The notes under the pieces were generated by a model, which saw nothing but the letters and a program-made list of their open reading frames with translations, was not told the origin of the DNA and did not search any database. Made by a program: the position numbers and the translations under genes. Positions 46,445 to 56,151 of a DNA stretch of 64,000 nucleotides are shown here, one piece after another (the first letter of the stretch is position 1; every line of letters starts with the position of its first letter). The stretch is from a virus. The DNA is taken from IMG/VR virus record IMGVR_UViG_3300048014_000057, positions 1 through 64,000 of that record; one strand, given 5' to 3'.

Positions 46445-47110
46445 AGAAGCAATGAGCCATTCTTTAACTATATCATTTCTACAAATATCTTGAATTTCCA
46501 TTTCTACTTTAACAAAACTTTTCATTCTATCGATTATTTTATGAAGATTATTAATACAAGATATTTCTCTTGTATTTTTTAAATCTCCTTGTTTTTCATC
46601 TCCAAGAATTATTAATCTACAATCTTTACCTGTTCTGGTAATTACAGTATCTATTTCTTCCATTGTCATATTTTGAACTTCATCAATAATAATTACTGCA
46701 TTATCTATGGTTATTCCTCTAAGATAGGATGTAGAAATAAATTTAATTTTTTCTTTAAATTTTAATTCTTTATAGGAATTTGATTTACTGAATAATTCAT
46801 TACAAATTCCTATAAATGGAAGTTCAAATATTTCATTTTTTTCTTCTTCAGTACCAGGAAGATAACCTTGGGTTCTGCTCGGTACTGCTGATCTTACTAA
46901 TATTATTTTATCGTAAAATTCATCTTCCAGAACAGCTTCTAATGCAAGATAAAGAGAAATCATTGTTTTTCCTGTTCCTGCAAATCCATGTATAAATAAA
47001 TGTTTTCCTTTATCAAAATAATCAAATATTTTTTGTTGGTTTATCGTTTTCGGTTTTATAGGTAAAAGTGTTAAAGTATTGGATTCTTTGACTTTTACTT
47101 TAGATACCAT
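46436..47110 (-). CDS. phoH: PhoH-family ATPase
   Basis: P.T.NQ, G.AGTGKT, RSAV, GYLPG, LRG.T, IIDE.QN, TR.G, GD..Q.D. Confidence 0.93.
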   Translation of the reverse strand: MVSKVKVKESNTLTLLPIKPKTINQQKIFDYFDKGKHLFIHGFAGTGKTMISLYLALEAVLEDEFYDKIILVRSAVPSRTQGYLPGTEEEKNEIFELPFIGICNELFSKSNSYKELKFKEKIKFISTSYLRGITIDNAVIIIDEVQNMTMEEIDTVITRTGKDCRLIILGDEKQGDLKNTREISCINNLHKIIDRMKSFVKVEMEIQDICRNDIVKEWLIASSY

Positions 47111-47166
47111 TAAATGATCCTTTTCTTTTTTTTTTGATCATTTCTATTTATCTTTTTTCTAAAAAT

Positions 47167-47391
47167 TTATGGAATTTGTATCGTGTTTCCCGGATTTGCC
47201 TTTTGCATGGCTTTCAATTTACTTCTCCATGCATCCGAAACAGGTAATTTTCCAATTCTATAGGCATAATTCATACACTTAAAAATCTGTTGAATATTAG
47301 GATTATTTTTTAGATAATCCTTAAATTCTTCGTAGGACATTTGAACATCATTTTCTTTTTCTGTATTTTTATCTAGAACTGTATAAATCAT
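47167..47391 (-). CDS. Conserved small T4-like protein
   Basis: Y...D..T......MSY.E...YL..NP...Q ... D.WR..L....K..PG pattern upstream of phoH. Confidence 0.6.
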   Translation of the reverse strand: MIYTVLDKNTEKENDVQMSYEEFKDYLKNNPNIQQIFKCMNYAYRIGKLPVSDAWRSKLKAMQKANPGNTIQIP

Positions 47392-47393
47392 TA

Positions 47394-47819
47394 TTATTTT
47401 ATTTCTTCTACTTTTTTATATAATTTAGCTTCTTCTAAATTTTCTAGAAGAGAAAGAATAGAATGCGCCAATTTAATATCTAATTTAGCATCTCTATAAT
47501 CATATGTCATTTTTTCCTTTATATAAGCATTATACCTTTCAAAAATTTTATATGTATAATCTTCAATATCCTTACAAAGAGTTGTAAAATCTAAATTAAG
47601 AGTATTTTTTTCTTTTTGATTTTTTAATTCTATAAGTTCTTCTAATATTGTAGAAATATTAAATTCATCAAGATAATCATCTTTAAAATAAAAAGTAACA
47701 TTTCCTTCATAATCTATGTCAAATATATAATATTTTGTATTTTTTTCAAAAGCAAAGTTTTTTAAAATTCTCCATTCCATAATTTTATTCCAAAAATCAC
47801 TATTATAAGTTATAATCAT
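47394..47819 (-). CDS. Hypothetical protein
   Basis: 141-aa ORF in operon. Confidence 0.55.
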   Translation of the reverse strand: MIITYNSDFWNKIMEWRILKNFAFEKNTKYYIFDIDYEGNVTFYFKDDYLDEFNISTILEELIELKNQKEKNTLNLDFTTLCKDIEDYTYKIFERYNAYIKEKMTYDYRDAKLDIKLAHSILSLLENLEEAKLYKKVEEIK

Positions 47820-48492
47820 TTTTATTTTCCTTTGCTTTTTCTTTGGCTCTTTCTTTACCTTCTTTAAAAGGATTTAAAAGTCTACCTAAAACATATCCAT
47901 TTTTTTCAGCTTCTTCTAAAGAAACTAAAAAATCTTTGACTCCATTATTATACCATCTTTTTCCTTTATTTGGTTCAATAGGAACGAGAATTGGCCTTTC
48001 TTGATTAAATTTTTTAAGAAGTTCCTCTGTTTCATCTGGAATTACATCTTCTTTTTCTTCTCTTTTTTCAGGTAACATACCAGGATATGCATCACATATC
48101 AAGTCATATGTTATTCCAGGATAAGGTAAAGATTTATCTTTCATATAAATTAATAATTCTGCATCTTCCGAATGAAGAGATTCTAATAATTGAATAAAAA
48201 GATTTTCTCTTTTTTGTTGATTTAATTTATCATTTCCTCCTTTACAAAAAATATATAATTTTCTATATTCTCTATAAAGTTTTGAATCTAAATCCGCATT
48301 TTCATTAAAAGAAGTATAAATCATTGGACCTTTAGGAAGTAACCATTCTACTCCTGGGTGTAAAGCTCCCTGAATAATATATCTTAGAGGTTCGTTATAA
48401 ATTGTCCTAAGATATTCAATTTGAATAGGTTTTCCTCTAATTTGTAAATCTGAAGCAGTTTTTAATAATAATGAAATTCTGGTAGGTTGCAT
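47803..48492 (-). CDS. Conserved T4-like protein (rnh-adjacent) with C-terminal WYNNG repeat
   Basis: W.LP.G, L..E.RKLY.F.KGG......KRE.LFIQLLE.LH..DAELL...KDK. Confidence 0.7.
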   Translation of the reverse strand: MQPTRISLLLKTASDLQIRGKPIQIEYLRTIYNEPLRYIIQGALHPGVEWLLPKGPMIYTSFNENADLDSKLYREYRKLYIFCKGGNDKLNQQKRENLFIQLLESLHSEDAELLIYMKDKSLPYPGITYDLICDAYPGMLPEKREEKEDVIPDETEELLKKFNQERPILVPIEPNKGKRWYNNGVKDFLVSLEEAEKNGYVLGRLLNPFKEGKERAKEKAKENKNDYNL

Positions 48493-48504
48493 TTTTTTCC
48501 TTTT

Positions 48505-49338
48505 TTAAAAATCTTGTATATTCGATAATTGCTCTTTTAAATTATGTTGTATAAAATAATTTATTAAATTTTTTTTCTTTTTATTTATTTGATTTTGGTA
48601 AGATTCTAATATATTTTCTTGGATATCTTTAGGAGTCATGGATAAATCAATTAATTTTCTATTAAAATTAAATCTTTCTTGATATTCTTCTGGAATATTT
48701 TTTTCTTTCCACCATAAATCAATTTTATTTTGAAAAACTGGTTTTTGTCTTTTACCCAAAGCAATTGAATCCAAAGAAGAAAATATATTAGGAATAGAGT
48801 CAGAAGTACAACCTTTTATAATATTTTCAAAAAGATACTTATTAGGATCATTTGTTTCATAATATTTTTTATCTACTGTAGAATATTGTTTTACATTAGG
48901 ATATTTTTGTAATGAAATAAAATCTTTATCTCGACTTATTATTAATATAGGTTCTTTATAAGATTTATTTACCAGAAATCCTATAATATCATCACTTTCA
49001 GCTTTATCAACTTCAATTACAGGATATTTAAAATTATCTGATATTTCCTTTTTAATTTTATCCATGTAAATATATAGATCAGACCAATTTACAGAAGATT
49101 TATCTCTGTCTTTTTTTCTTTTAATTTTATAATAGGGAAATAAATCTTTTCTCCAATAATCTCTAGAATCACAAGAAATAATTAATTGTCCATATTCTGA
49201 AAACTTTTGTTTTACTGATTTAATTGAATTTAAAACCATATGTCGAATTAGGTCTTCATTTAATTCGACAGTTTCATTCATAAACAAATATTGCATAATA
49301 TTTGCAATGAGTGTCCCGTTAAAATCCATAATTAACAA
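48505..49338 (-). CDS. rnh: T4-type RNase H (5'-3' exonuclease)
   Basis: D.....RH..LN, YWR...FPYYK..R, ESDDII, IIS.DKDF..L, KG..SD.IPN. Confidence 0.93.
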   Translation of the reverse strand: MLIMDFNGTLIANIMQYLFMNETVELNEDLIRHMVLNSIKSVKQKFSEYGQLIISCDSRDYWRKDLFPYYKIKRKKDRDKSSVNWSDLYIYMDKIKKEISDNFKYPVIEVDKAESDDIIGFLVNKSYKEPILIISRDKDFISLQKYPNVKQYSTVDKKYYETNDPNKYLFENIIKGCTSDSIPNIFSSLDSIALGKRQKPVFQNKIDLWWKEKNIPEEYQERFNFNRKLIDLSMTPKDIQENILESYQNQINKKKKNLINYFIQHNLKEQLSNIQDF

Positions 49339-49519
49339 ATTAATTATACTCCATTAAAATCATATAAAATTTATTTTCCAAATCCAAATAATAAGCAAAA
49401 ATAAGCTAATACAATAAACATACAAAATAATTTATATTTTATTTTGTATGAATATAAACAATATAAAGAAACTGACATACAAAACATAAATAAAATAGAA
49501 CCACATAATTCTTTCATTT

Positions 49520-50479
49520 TTATCTCTTATAATCGAAAACTACTTCATTTTTTTCAAAGGCACGAGGTAAGTCCTTAAGTTGATTTAAAAGACCTTCCCA
49601 CTGAACTTTTCGAAAATTCCAATTATGAATTTGATCAACATAACCTTTTTGACCTTTTAAACGTAATTCTAAGTTTTTCTCATTTAGAAGAGAATCAATT
49701 GCTAATTTTGTAGCATTAAAAAAAGAAATTGCGTGTTTTTGTAAATCTTCCTGATATTGATATTGAAATGTCCAATTTGCAGAAGTTTCATAAAGAGCCC
49801 CATAATTAGAATGAACACAAAGTAAACCTGCCGACATTGCTTCTATTAGACATAAACAGCTACATTCTTGCCAAATAGAAGGATACACAAAAATATGGGA
49901 ATTTCGTAGGGCTTCTCTTACAACAGAATTTTCCTGACTTCCATGATAATTAATCGAAGGATGTTGTCTACAAAAATCAAATAATTGTTCATATTCTTTA
50001 TCTCTTTGATCCCAACCATAAAGTTTGAATGAAGAATAAACATCTAATTCAACATTAGGATAAAACTTTAATAATTCTGGAAATACAGAAACAAGAATAT
50101 TTAAACCTCTATGGGGAGTAGGGGTATAGATTAACCTAATCTTATCTGTTGGTTTATAATAAGAGACATTTTCAATAGGGATAATAGAATTTTCAATTAC
50201 CAAACATTTTGACCATGGAATTTTAAATTTATTAATAAAAGATTGCATTTGCCAATTTGATACGAATACAATAAGATGAAATTTCTTCCATCCTCCGTTA
50301 TCAAGATAATTTAGCTGAGGGTCTTCTGCTAAATCGTGAATATAAGCAATTCTTATTTTACTTTCATCTAAAGGTTCTGTAAGCCGAGTAGGAATAATTT
50401 GAAAATTTGATAATAATTCTTCTGATAATGATTCTTTTAATCTATTCATTAAAAGTTCTGTTCCACCTTTAGCCGTCAA
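49520..50479 (-). CDS. GT-B (GT4-like) glycosyltransferase
   Basis: GGTE, FVS.WQ, Y..TPHRGL, YPS.W.E..C...IEAM.AG. Confidence 0.88.
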   Translation of the reverse strand: MTAKGGTELLMNRLKESLSEELLSNFQIIPTRLTEPLDESKIRIAYIHDLAEDPQLNYLDNGGWKKFHLIVFVSNWQMQSFINKFKIPWSKCLVIENSIIPIENVSYYKPTDKIRLIYTPTPHRGLNILVSVFPELLKFYPNVELDVYSSFKLYGWDQRDKEYEQLFDFCRQHPSINYHGSQENSVVREALRNSHIFVYPSIWQECSCLCLIEAMSAGLLCVHSNYGALYETSANWTFQYQYQEDLQKHAISFFNATKLAIDSLLNEKNLELRLKGQKGYVDQIHNWNFRKVQWEGLLNQLKDLPRAFEKNEVVFDYKR

Positions 50480-50642
50480 TTTATTTCTCCCAACGATCTG
50501 CTGCTTGTTTAATTGTTAAATCCGGTACAATTTGATCAGAATATTTTCCTACGGTAGCATAAGTAACTACCCTAACAAAACACCAATAAACTAACCTTTT
50601 TGGAAGTTTATAAGCTATATTCATTATTAATTTATCTAACAT

Positions 50643-51146
50643 TTATTCTCCTAAGTTTTTGATTGAATTAATAGTTAAGATTGTATGAAATCCTTCCGAA
50701 TGAGTAGGAAATTCAAAAGATTTCTTCATACTTTCTACAACAGAAGAAGGAATTGTTTTTCCAGAACGAGAATTAAGTCTTTTATTATATATTTCTTCAT
50801 CTGGGCATTCAATAACAATAGCTATTTTTTTATAATTTTTTGGAATTAGATCAAGAATTTTTTTTCTGGATTTTACGGTTAAATTTGTCCTATCAACAAG
50901 AATATTTTTATTTTCTAAAACTGACTTTTTAATTATATCAAAAAATATATTTGTTGCTTCTTTAATATTACTTTCAAAAATTTCATTATAAGTTTTACCT
51001 TCTAAAACAGCAATTCTTTCTAAAATTCCATCAGAAGAACAAATAACACCATTATTATGAAAATAATTTTGACTTATCCAAGTAGATTTTCCAGAGGCGG
51101 GAAAACCTACCATCATATAAAAATATGGTCCTAAAATTAAAGACAT
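50643..51146 (-). CDS. AAA_33/polynucleotide-kinase-like P-loop kinase
   Basis: G.PASGKSTW, SSD, D.TNL...SR, R...R.GK.IP, P...EGF. Confidence 0.85.
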   Translation of the reverse strand: MSLILGPYFYMMVGFPASGKSTWISQNYFHNNGVICSSDGILERIAVLEGKTYNEIFESNIKEATNIFFDIIKKSVLENKNILVDRTNLTVKSRKKILDLIPKNYKKIAIVIECPDEEIYNKRLNSRSGKTIPSSVVESMKKSFEFPTHSEGFHTILTINSIKNLGE

Positions 51147-51544
51147 CGAAATCCTTCTTTATTTTCTTCTGTATAATAACAATTTTTAAATTCAAATGTA
51201 GAAATTGCCCTATAACAACCTAAGCATGGACGACATAAACCAGAAATATAAGAGCCACGAGGTTTAGTTTTTTTTACTCTACAAACAAAAATAGAACATT
51301 TCTTAAAATCTTCAATATCGATCTTTTTATAAATATTTTTAATAGCACAAACTTCTGCATGTAAAAAAATAGAATTAGAATTTCTAGAATATTTCTTTTG
51401 AAAAGGATGGGTTTTCAAAAAATTCTGTCCAAATGAAATAATATCGTTTTTGTAGGTAATGCAAGAAACTATTTTTGCATTACCTACACTTTCAATATCT
51501 GAAGCCATATTGAACAATAAATTAAAAATCTTAGATTGATCCAT
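51137..51544 (-). CDS. Zinc-dependent cytidine/dCMP-type deaminase
   Basis: HAE and PC..C motifs. Confidence 0.85.
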   Translation of the reverse strand: MDQSKIFNLLFNMASDIESVGNAKIVSCITYKNDIISFGQNFLKTHPFQKKYSRNSNSIFLHAEVCAIKNIYKKIDIEDFKKCSIFVCRVKKTKPRGSYISGLCRPCLGCYRAISTFEFKNCYYTEENKEGFRCL

Positions 51545-51613
51545 AATAATTAGTCCATTTCAGTTGCTACTTAAGAGCATAGATCAATTTTTTAGAAATG
51601 TCAAGAAAATATT

Positions 51614-51783
51614 TGGCTCCTAGTGTGGGTAACGATCCCACCTAAACATTGCTTAATTTTACAATACATTATTTTAGTATTGTTTAATCTTCCAATACAT
51701 TATTTCAGTATGGACCACTAACTTATAATATATTATAAGTCGTTAATCAGGCAAGTCCTTGCACCATGCTTGGATTCCTAGGA
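51614..51783 (-). tRNA. tRNA-Asn with a 91-nt anticodon-loop insertion (~51657-51747)
   Basis: 5' TCCTAGG...GGACTTGCCTG | insertion | TTAAGCAATG...GTGGG-ATCGTTA-CCCAC-ACTAGGA-G-CCA; joined loop TTGC-CTGTTAA-GCAA; G discriminator. Confidence 0.75.
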
Positions 51784-51857
51784 AAACTCTATTATTTATC
51801 TAATGTAGATAACCAAAAAGTATTAAAATTAAAATAATTATTATAACTAAAGTTATA

Positions 51858-52178
51858 TTATTCATTTAAATCTTCTCCCAAAGCTGTAAGATAAAGATCA
51901 AGTAATTCTTGTTCTTCTTCTCTTTCTTCCCGATCTTTTTTACGAAGTTTTAAAATAATTTTGACAATTTTTGCATCAAAACCAACACCTTTAACTTCTG
52001 TAAATACTTCTTTAATTTGTTCTGAAATATCTTTCTTTTGTTCTTCTAAGTTTTCAATTCTTTTGATAAAATCTAGAAGTGCCTCACTATTAAGTGTTGA
52101 TGCAGATTTAATTGTCTCTTCCTCCTTAATATCTTCCCTAAGAGCATTTTCTAAATCTGAGGATGTTGTATATGACAT
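51858..52178 (-). CDS. gapR: GapR (DUF2312) nucleoid-associated protein
   Basis: L..FIKRIE.LEEQKK.I...IKEVF.E.KG.GFD.K....I.KLRK....ER.EE..LL.LY..ALG. Confidence 0.9.
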   Translation of the reverse strand: MSYTTSSDLENALREDIKEEETIKSASTLNSEALLDFIKRIENLEEQKKDISEQIKEVFTEVKGVGFDAKIVKIILKLRKKDREEREEEQELLDLYLTALGEDLNE

Positions 52179-52398
52179 TTTTTTTCTCCTTTATAATAAA
52201 TTTTAAAGTTTCTGGATAGATTTCAGAATATTCCCAATAATTTATAAAAGTGTCATTTATGTTATAGATATATTTTTTAAATATCCATTCTAACCAAATA
52301 TATTTTCCATTTTTTAATCTAACAGGATACCATGCAAACCAAATATATCCATTGGTATTTCTTGTATATTCTTCATAATAAGTTTTTCCAAATTTCAT
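52138..52398 (-). CDS. Hypothetical protein (WFAWYPV motif)
   Basis: [14 protein letters not shown] motif common in small phage proteins. Confidence 0.6.
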   Translation of the reverse strand: MKFGKTYYEEYTRNTNGYIWFAWYPVRLKNGKYIWLEWIFKKYIYNINDTFINYWEYSEIYPETLKFIIKEKKNVIYNILRFRKCS

Positions 52399-52525
52399 TT
52401 TATGTCTCTAACGTTGAGGTTTAACAAATACCAGAGAATTATCCTCAAGTCTATAAATATCCCATCCAGGATATTTTTTCTTAAATTCTGCAAAAAATTT
52501 AATATCTATTTGTGCTAAGACTTTT

Positions 52526-53527
52526 TTAATCATTTAATTGATATTCTTTCTTAATCCATTCATTAATATTTGTTTCTTTAAATAAAGTTGTCCAAAATAC
52601 ATCATCATTTTCTATTTCTTTTCTTTTAAAGTCAACTCCTAATTTATCAGAACGAGAAAATTTTTGTGCGGTAACTTTTGTTAGATATCCAGCTTCTAAG
52701 GCTAAATCAAACATACCCGACCATTTTTGAATTCCACCATCAAAATCTACTGTAATAGGTACTTTAGAACCTTCTCTAACAAATCTAGATTTTTCTATTC
52801 GAATGGTAAAATTATATCCTAATAATTCTTTATCGGCATCTTTATTTTGAGATTTTGAAATAATCCAAATTATATTTGCTCCATAAATTCCACCAGAACC
52901 TCCTGATACTATCTCTTTAGAATATAAATCTAAAGTATCATAGGTATGATTAATAGCAATTACATAAATATCTTTTAATGCTACTCTTGGTCCAATCATT
53001 CTAAATAATGATTTCATTTTTTTAGAACGTGTTAAATCGACTGTTCCTTTACCTTCTTTGGCATCTGTAATTTCTTTAATAGAGGCAAGATTACCCAAAG
53101 AATCAATAAGAATTAATAATTTATCACCCTTTTCAACAGAATCAATTTGATTAACAATGTCAGAATTTAATTGATCTAAATCAACTACAGGAGTATGAAC
53201 AATATTTTCCACATTTAATTTATTAAAATAACTTTCTGGTGTACCAAATTCAGAATCATAGAAAAGAACAGCCCCTTGTGGAAATTTAGAAATAAACGTA
53301 TTTGTTAATTCAATGGCAAATTTTGATTTAAAATGTTTAGATTTTGCAGCAATTTGTAATATACCAGGAGGCATTCCACCTTCCAAAGCATCACCAGTCA
53401 AAGCAATATTAAGGCAAGGATAAGGAGTTGTAAGTAATTTTTTTTGTTCAAACACTTTAGAATTTTTTAAAGTGGAAGTTTCTTTAATAGTTGAATTTTT
53501 TAATAAACGTTCTGATAGAGATACCAA
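52526..53527 (-). CDS. uvsX: UvsX RecA-like recombinase
   Basis: LNIAL.G, SKHFKS, LFYDSEFG, IDSLGNLAS.KE..DA..GK..VD.TR.K..KSLFR, SGG.G..Y.A. Confidence 0.95.
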   Translation of the reverse strand: MVSLSERLLKNSTIKETSTLKNSKVFEQKKLLTTPYPCLNIALTGDALEGGMPPGILQIAAKSKHFKSKFAIELTNTFISKFPQGAVLFYDSEFGTPESYFNKLNVENIVHTPVVDLDQLNSDIVNQIDSVEKGDKLLILIDSLGNLASIKEITDAKEGKGTVDLTRSKKMKSLFRMIGPRVALKDIYVIAINHTYDTLDLYSKEIVSGGSGGIYGANIIWIISKSQNKDADKELLGYNFTIRIEKSRFVREGSKVPITVDFDGGIQKWSGMFDLALEAGYLTKVTAQKFSRSDKLGVDFKRKEIENDDVFWTTLFKETNINEWIKKEYQLND

Positions 53528-53545
53528 TTAATTTTCCTTTTCTTA

Positions 53546-54349
53546 TTATTCTAAAATTTTATCATCAAAAGTGAATGTATCATCTTTTCTAGGAATAAAC
53601 AAGTTTTTTTTCTTAATCTGAGAAAATGAAAATTGTGATGCTATCAATAATACAAGAGCAAGAGGATCAAAAACAAAAATAATAATAGAAATTATATATC
53701 TTACTGTTTCTTCTAATTGTTCTTTGTTAGAATTACCAAAAAACATTTTAGAGATATAAAGCAATGGTCCAAAACGAGAATCTATTACAGCATTAGAATT
53801 ATCTGTATTAATTTTATTAATTTTAAGATTTTCTATAATTTCCATATGTTTATTTTTTTCATCAAGTAAAGAATCTCTTGTTTTTTTTTGAATACTTCCT
53901 TGTTGGATAGAAGTTAAAACTTTACCTTGTTGTATTAATTTAGCAAGAGAATTATCTATTTGTAAAATTTGAGAATCAATATCTTTTATTATTGAATTTT
54001 CATTTTCTATTTTAGATTGTATAATTTCTATTTGTGATGTTTGAGAATTATTAATAATTTCTTGCTGAATATGAGCATTAGAAAGAAATCCGAAAATTCC
54101 AATAGAATTAACGAACATCAAAATAAGAATAGAAATTACAAGATATGTTTTAACAAGAAATGGAGAATGCCAATTTTTATGTAGAAAAATAACAGATGCA
54201 ACTTTTCCTAACTCTAAAATCACGCCCATGATAATAACAGGAATCACAGCACCAGGAAATATCGTGGTAAGACCAGTTATTGAAAAAAAGGCCGAAACAC
54301 AAGAAATAGAAAGAGCTATAATAAGTGTTAAAATTCCTATTAAAATTAT
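53546..54349 (-). CDS. Conserved multi-TM/coiled-coil phage membrane protein; probable ATA start
   Basis: Frame open upstream of the tracked GTG (IILIGILTLIIALSISCVSAFFSITGL...); LELGK, S.GIFGFLS.AH, GPL.YI, IIFVFDPLA motifs. Confidence 0.7.
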   Translation of the reverse strand: MILIGILTLIIALSISCVSAFFSITGLTTIFPGAVIPVIIMGVILELGKVASVIFLHKNWHSPFLVKTYLVISILILMFVNSIGIFGFLSNAHIQQEIINNSQTSQIEIIQSKIENENSIIKDIDSQILQIDNSLAKLIQQGKVLTSIQQGSIQKKTRDSLLDEKNKHMEIIENLKINKINTDNSNAVIDSRFGPLLYISKMFFGNSNKEQLEETVRYIISIIIFVFDPLALVLLIASQFSFSQIKKKNLFIPRKDDTFTFDDKILE

Positions 54350-55417
54350 TCTATACTCATATTTTTAATGGTTTCATACATATCTAATTTTAAATTTTCA
54401 TATTTTTCTTTTGCTTTTTTAATATCTTCAGCAGTAGGAAGTTTTTTCTTTACAATTTTTTCATTTTCTTTCAATTTTTGTTGTTCAATACAAGAAACAA
54501 TATTATTAATTTCTTCTTCTGGTATCTCTTCTTCTTCAGTAGGACTTCCAAAGGAAAATTCTAAATCTTTCATAGTTACTTTGGTAATTTCTTTAGTATC
54601 TTGATTATAAAAAGGAATTTCTGTTTCTGGTGTAAATCCAGAAGTCATAAACATAAACATATTTTGACGTAAAAATTCTTGTTTTACATTTATCAATAAT
54701 TCAATTAAATATAAATAATTATTTTTATTTTTTTCTTTTCTAAATTCATTTTCTTCTGTATCACCAATATTTTTAACTCTGGCAACAATAGCCTCAATTA
54801 AATTTTTTTGATCAGAACTTAAATCAATATTAAATTTAAGTTTAGGCGTTGTATTTTCTTCATAATTTTTTTCTTTTTGATATTCTTCTTGATAATCCTG
54901 AAGATCATTCATTATTCTATCAATATTCATTATTCCTCCATATATTTTTGTAATTTATTCATAAGATCAGTGACTTTTTCCGCTCTTGTTGGCCAATAAA
55001 GATAAGGTTTAAGAGGGTCTTGTCTTAAATGCTCAAATAAAGGCCAAAGCATTTTTTTAATACCAATAAGTTTTCTTTGAACATCAGTTAATTGATCTGT
55101 TTTTTTGTTAAGAGCTTCTTTTTCTGCTTTCTTAACATCATCTTCACTCATGGCGTTAAAACCAAAATCCCAAATTAATGTTTCTTCTGTATCGTCCATT
55201 ATTTTTTTCCCTTAAGTTGTAATTTTATATAATCCAAATATCCATCTTTATAATATCTTTTACAATACATTTCATCTGGTAAAGATTTTAAAAATAATCC
55301 CATAAAATGTTCTTCTTCTTCATCCATTAATTCTTTAATATCCCGAAGAACATTTTTTTCTGTTGGTTCTATATAATAATCTTCTGATAATGCTTGGTCT
55401 GAAAAATGATCATTCAT
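54346..55417 (-). CDS. Three hypothetical proteins (54346-54930, 54930-55199, 55199-55417)
   Basis: Coupled ORFs; 54930 carries a DFGF...P....L..DP.K.Y.YWP.R motif. Confidence 0.6.
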
Positions 55418-55772
55418 TTAATTTATCTATAATCTCCTGAAATTCTTTTGAAAACTTACAATTTTTGGGAGCATCTTTAAACATAGGTGCAATTTGTTCT
55501 TTTGTAAAGCCCGCAAGTCCACATCCAATATCAACAACATTAAAAGTAAGTTCTGGATTATTTATTGCAAAACTAATAAAATTATCCACATAATATTTAA
55601 TTTGTTTTAATGACAAAGAATTTATATTAAAATCTTTGGTAGGAATGGCATAGGAATTTCCTTGTAATCCTACTCCTTGACCATAAATTGCACCATGATA
55701 TTTCCTTGCATGTAAAGCAGAGCCAGCTCCATGAATTCCGGCTTCGTTGCTACCAAATGTGAAGATGTCCAT
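55410..55772 (-). CDS. FGSN-family (macrodomain-like) phage protein
   Basis: IF.FGSN.AGIHGAG.A..A, G.G.QG.SYAIPTK, F.V..IGCGLAG. Confidence 0.75.
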   Translation of the reverse strand: MDIFTFGSNEAGIHGAGSALHARKYHGAIYGQGVGLQGNSYAIPTKDFNINSLSLKQIKYYVDNFISFAINNPELTFNVVDIGCGLAGFTKEQIAPMFKDAPKNCKFSKEFQEIIDKLNE

Positions 55773-55812
55773 TTCTATTTCTCCAATTATTACAGATAGT
55801 TACATTGTATTT

Positions 55813-56139
55813 TCATGCAAAATTATTATTAGTTGCAGATGAATTTTCTCTTTTTAATCTAAGATTTTTTAAATCTATAGAAGAATATTTTACAATAGAA
55901 GGGTAATCTTTAATATAAAATCCACTCTTTGTAAAGTCTTTTTTTATTAAATATTTATGAGGATGAATTATTTTTTCATAATTTTCCCCTAAAATAATCC
56001 CTATTTTATCATAGATGTAATCAGAAATTATAGCATCATCCATAATATAATAAAGATATGAATGAATAAGAAAATGCGGAACAGACATATTATGATTTTT
56101 TTCAACTAATTCTAGTACATGATTATCATGATACATCAT
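55813..56139 (-). CDS. NAD-dependent DNA ligase domain Ia-like small protein
   Basis: HSYLYY..D...ISD..YD motif. Confidence 0.6.
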   Translation of the reverse strand: MMYHDNHVLELVEKNHNMSVPHFLIHSYLYYIMDDAIISDYIYDKIGIILGENYEKIIHPHKYLIKKDFTKSGFYIKDYPSIVKYSSIDLKNLRLKRENSSATNNNFA

Positions 56140-56151
56140 TTAGACTAATCC

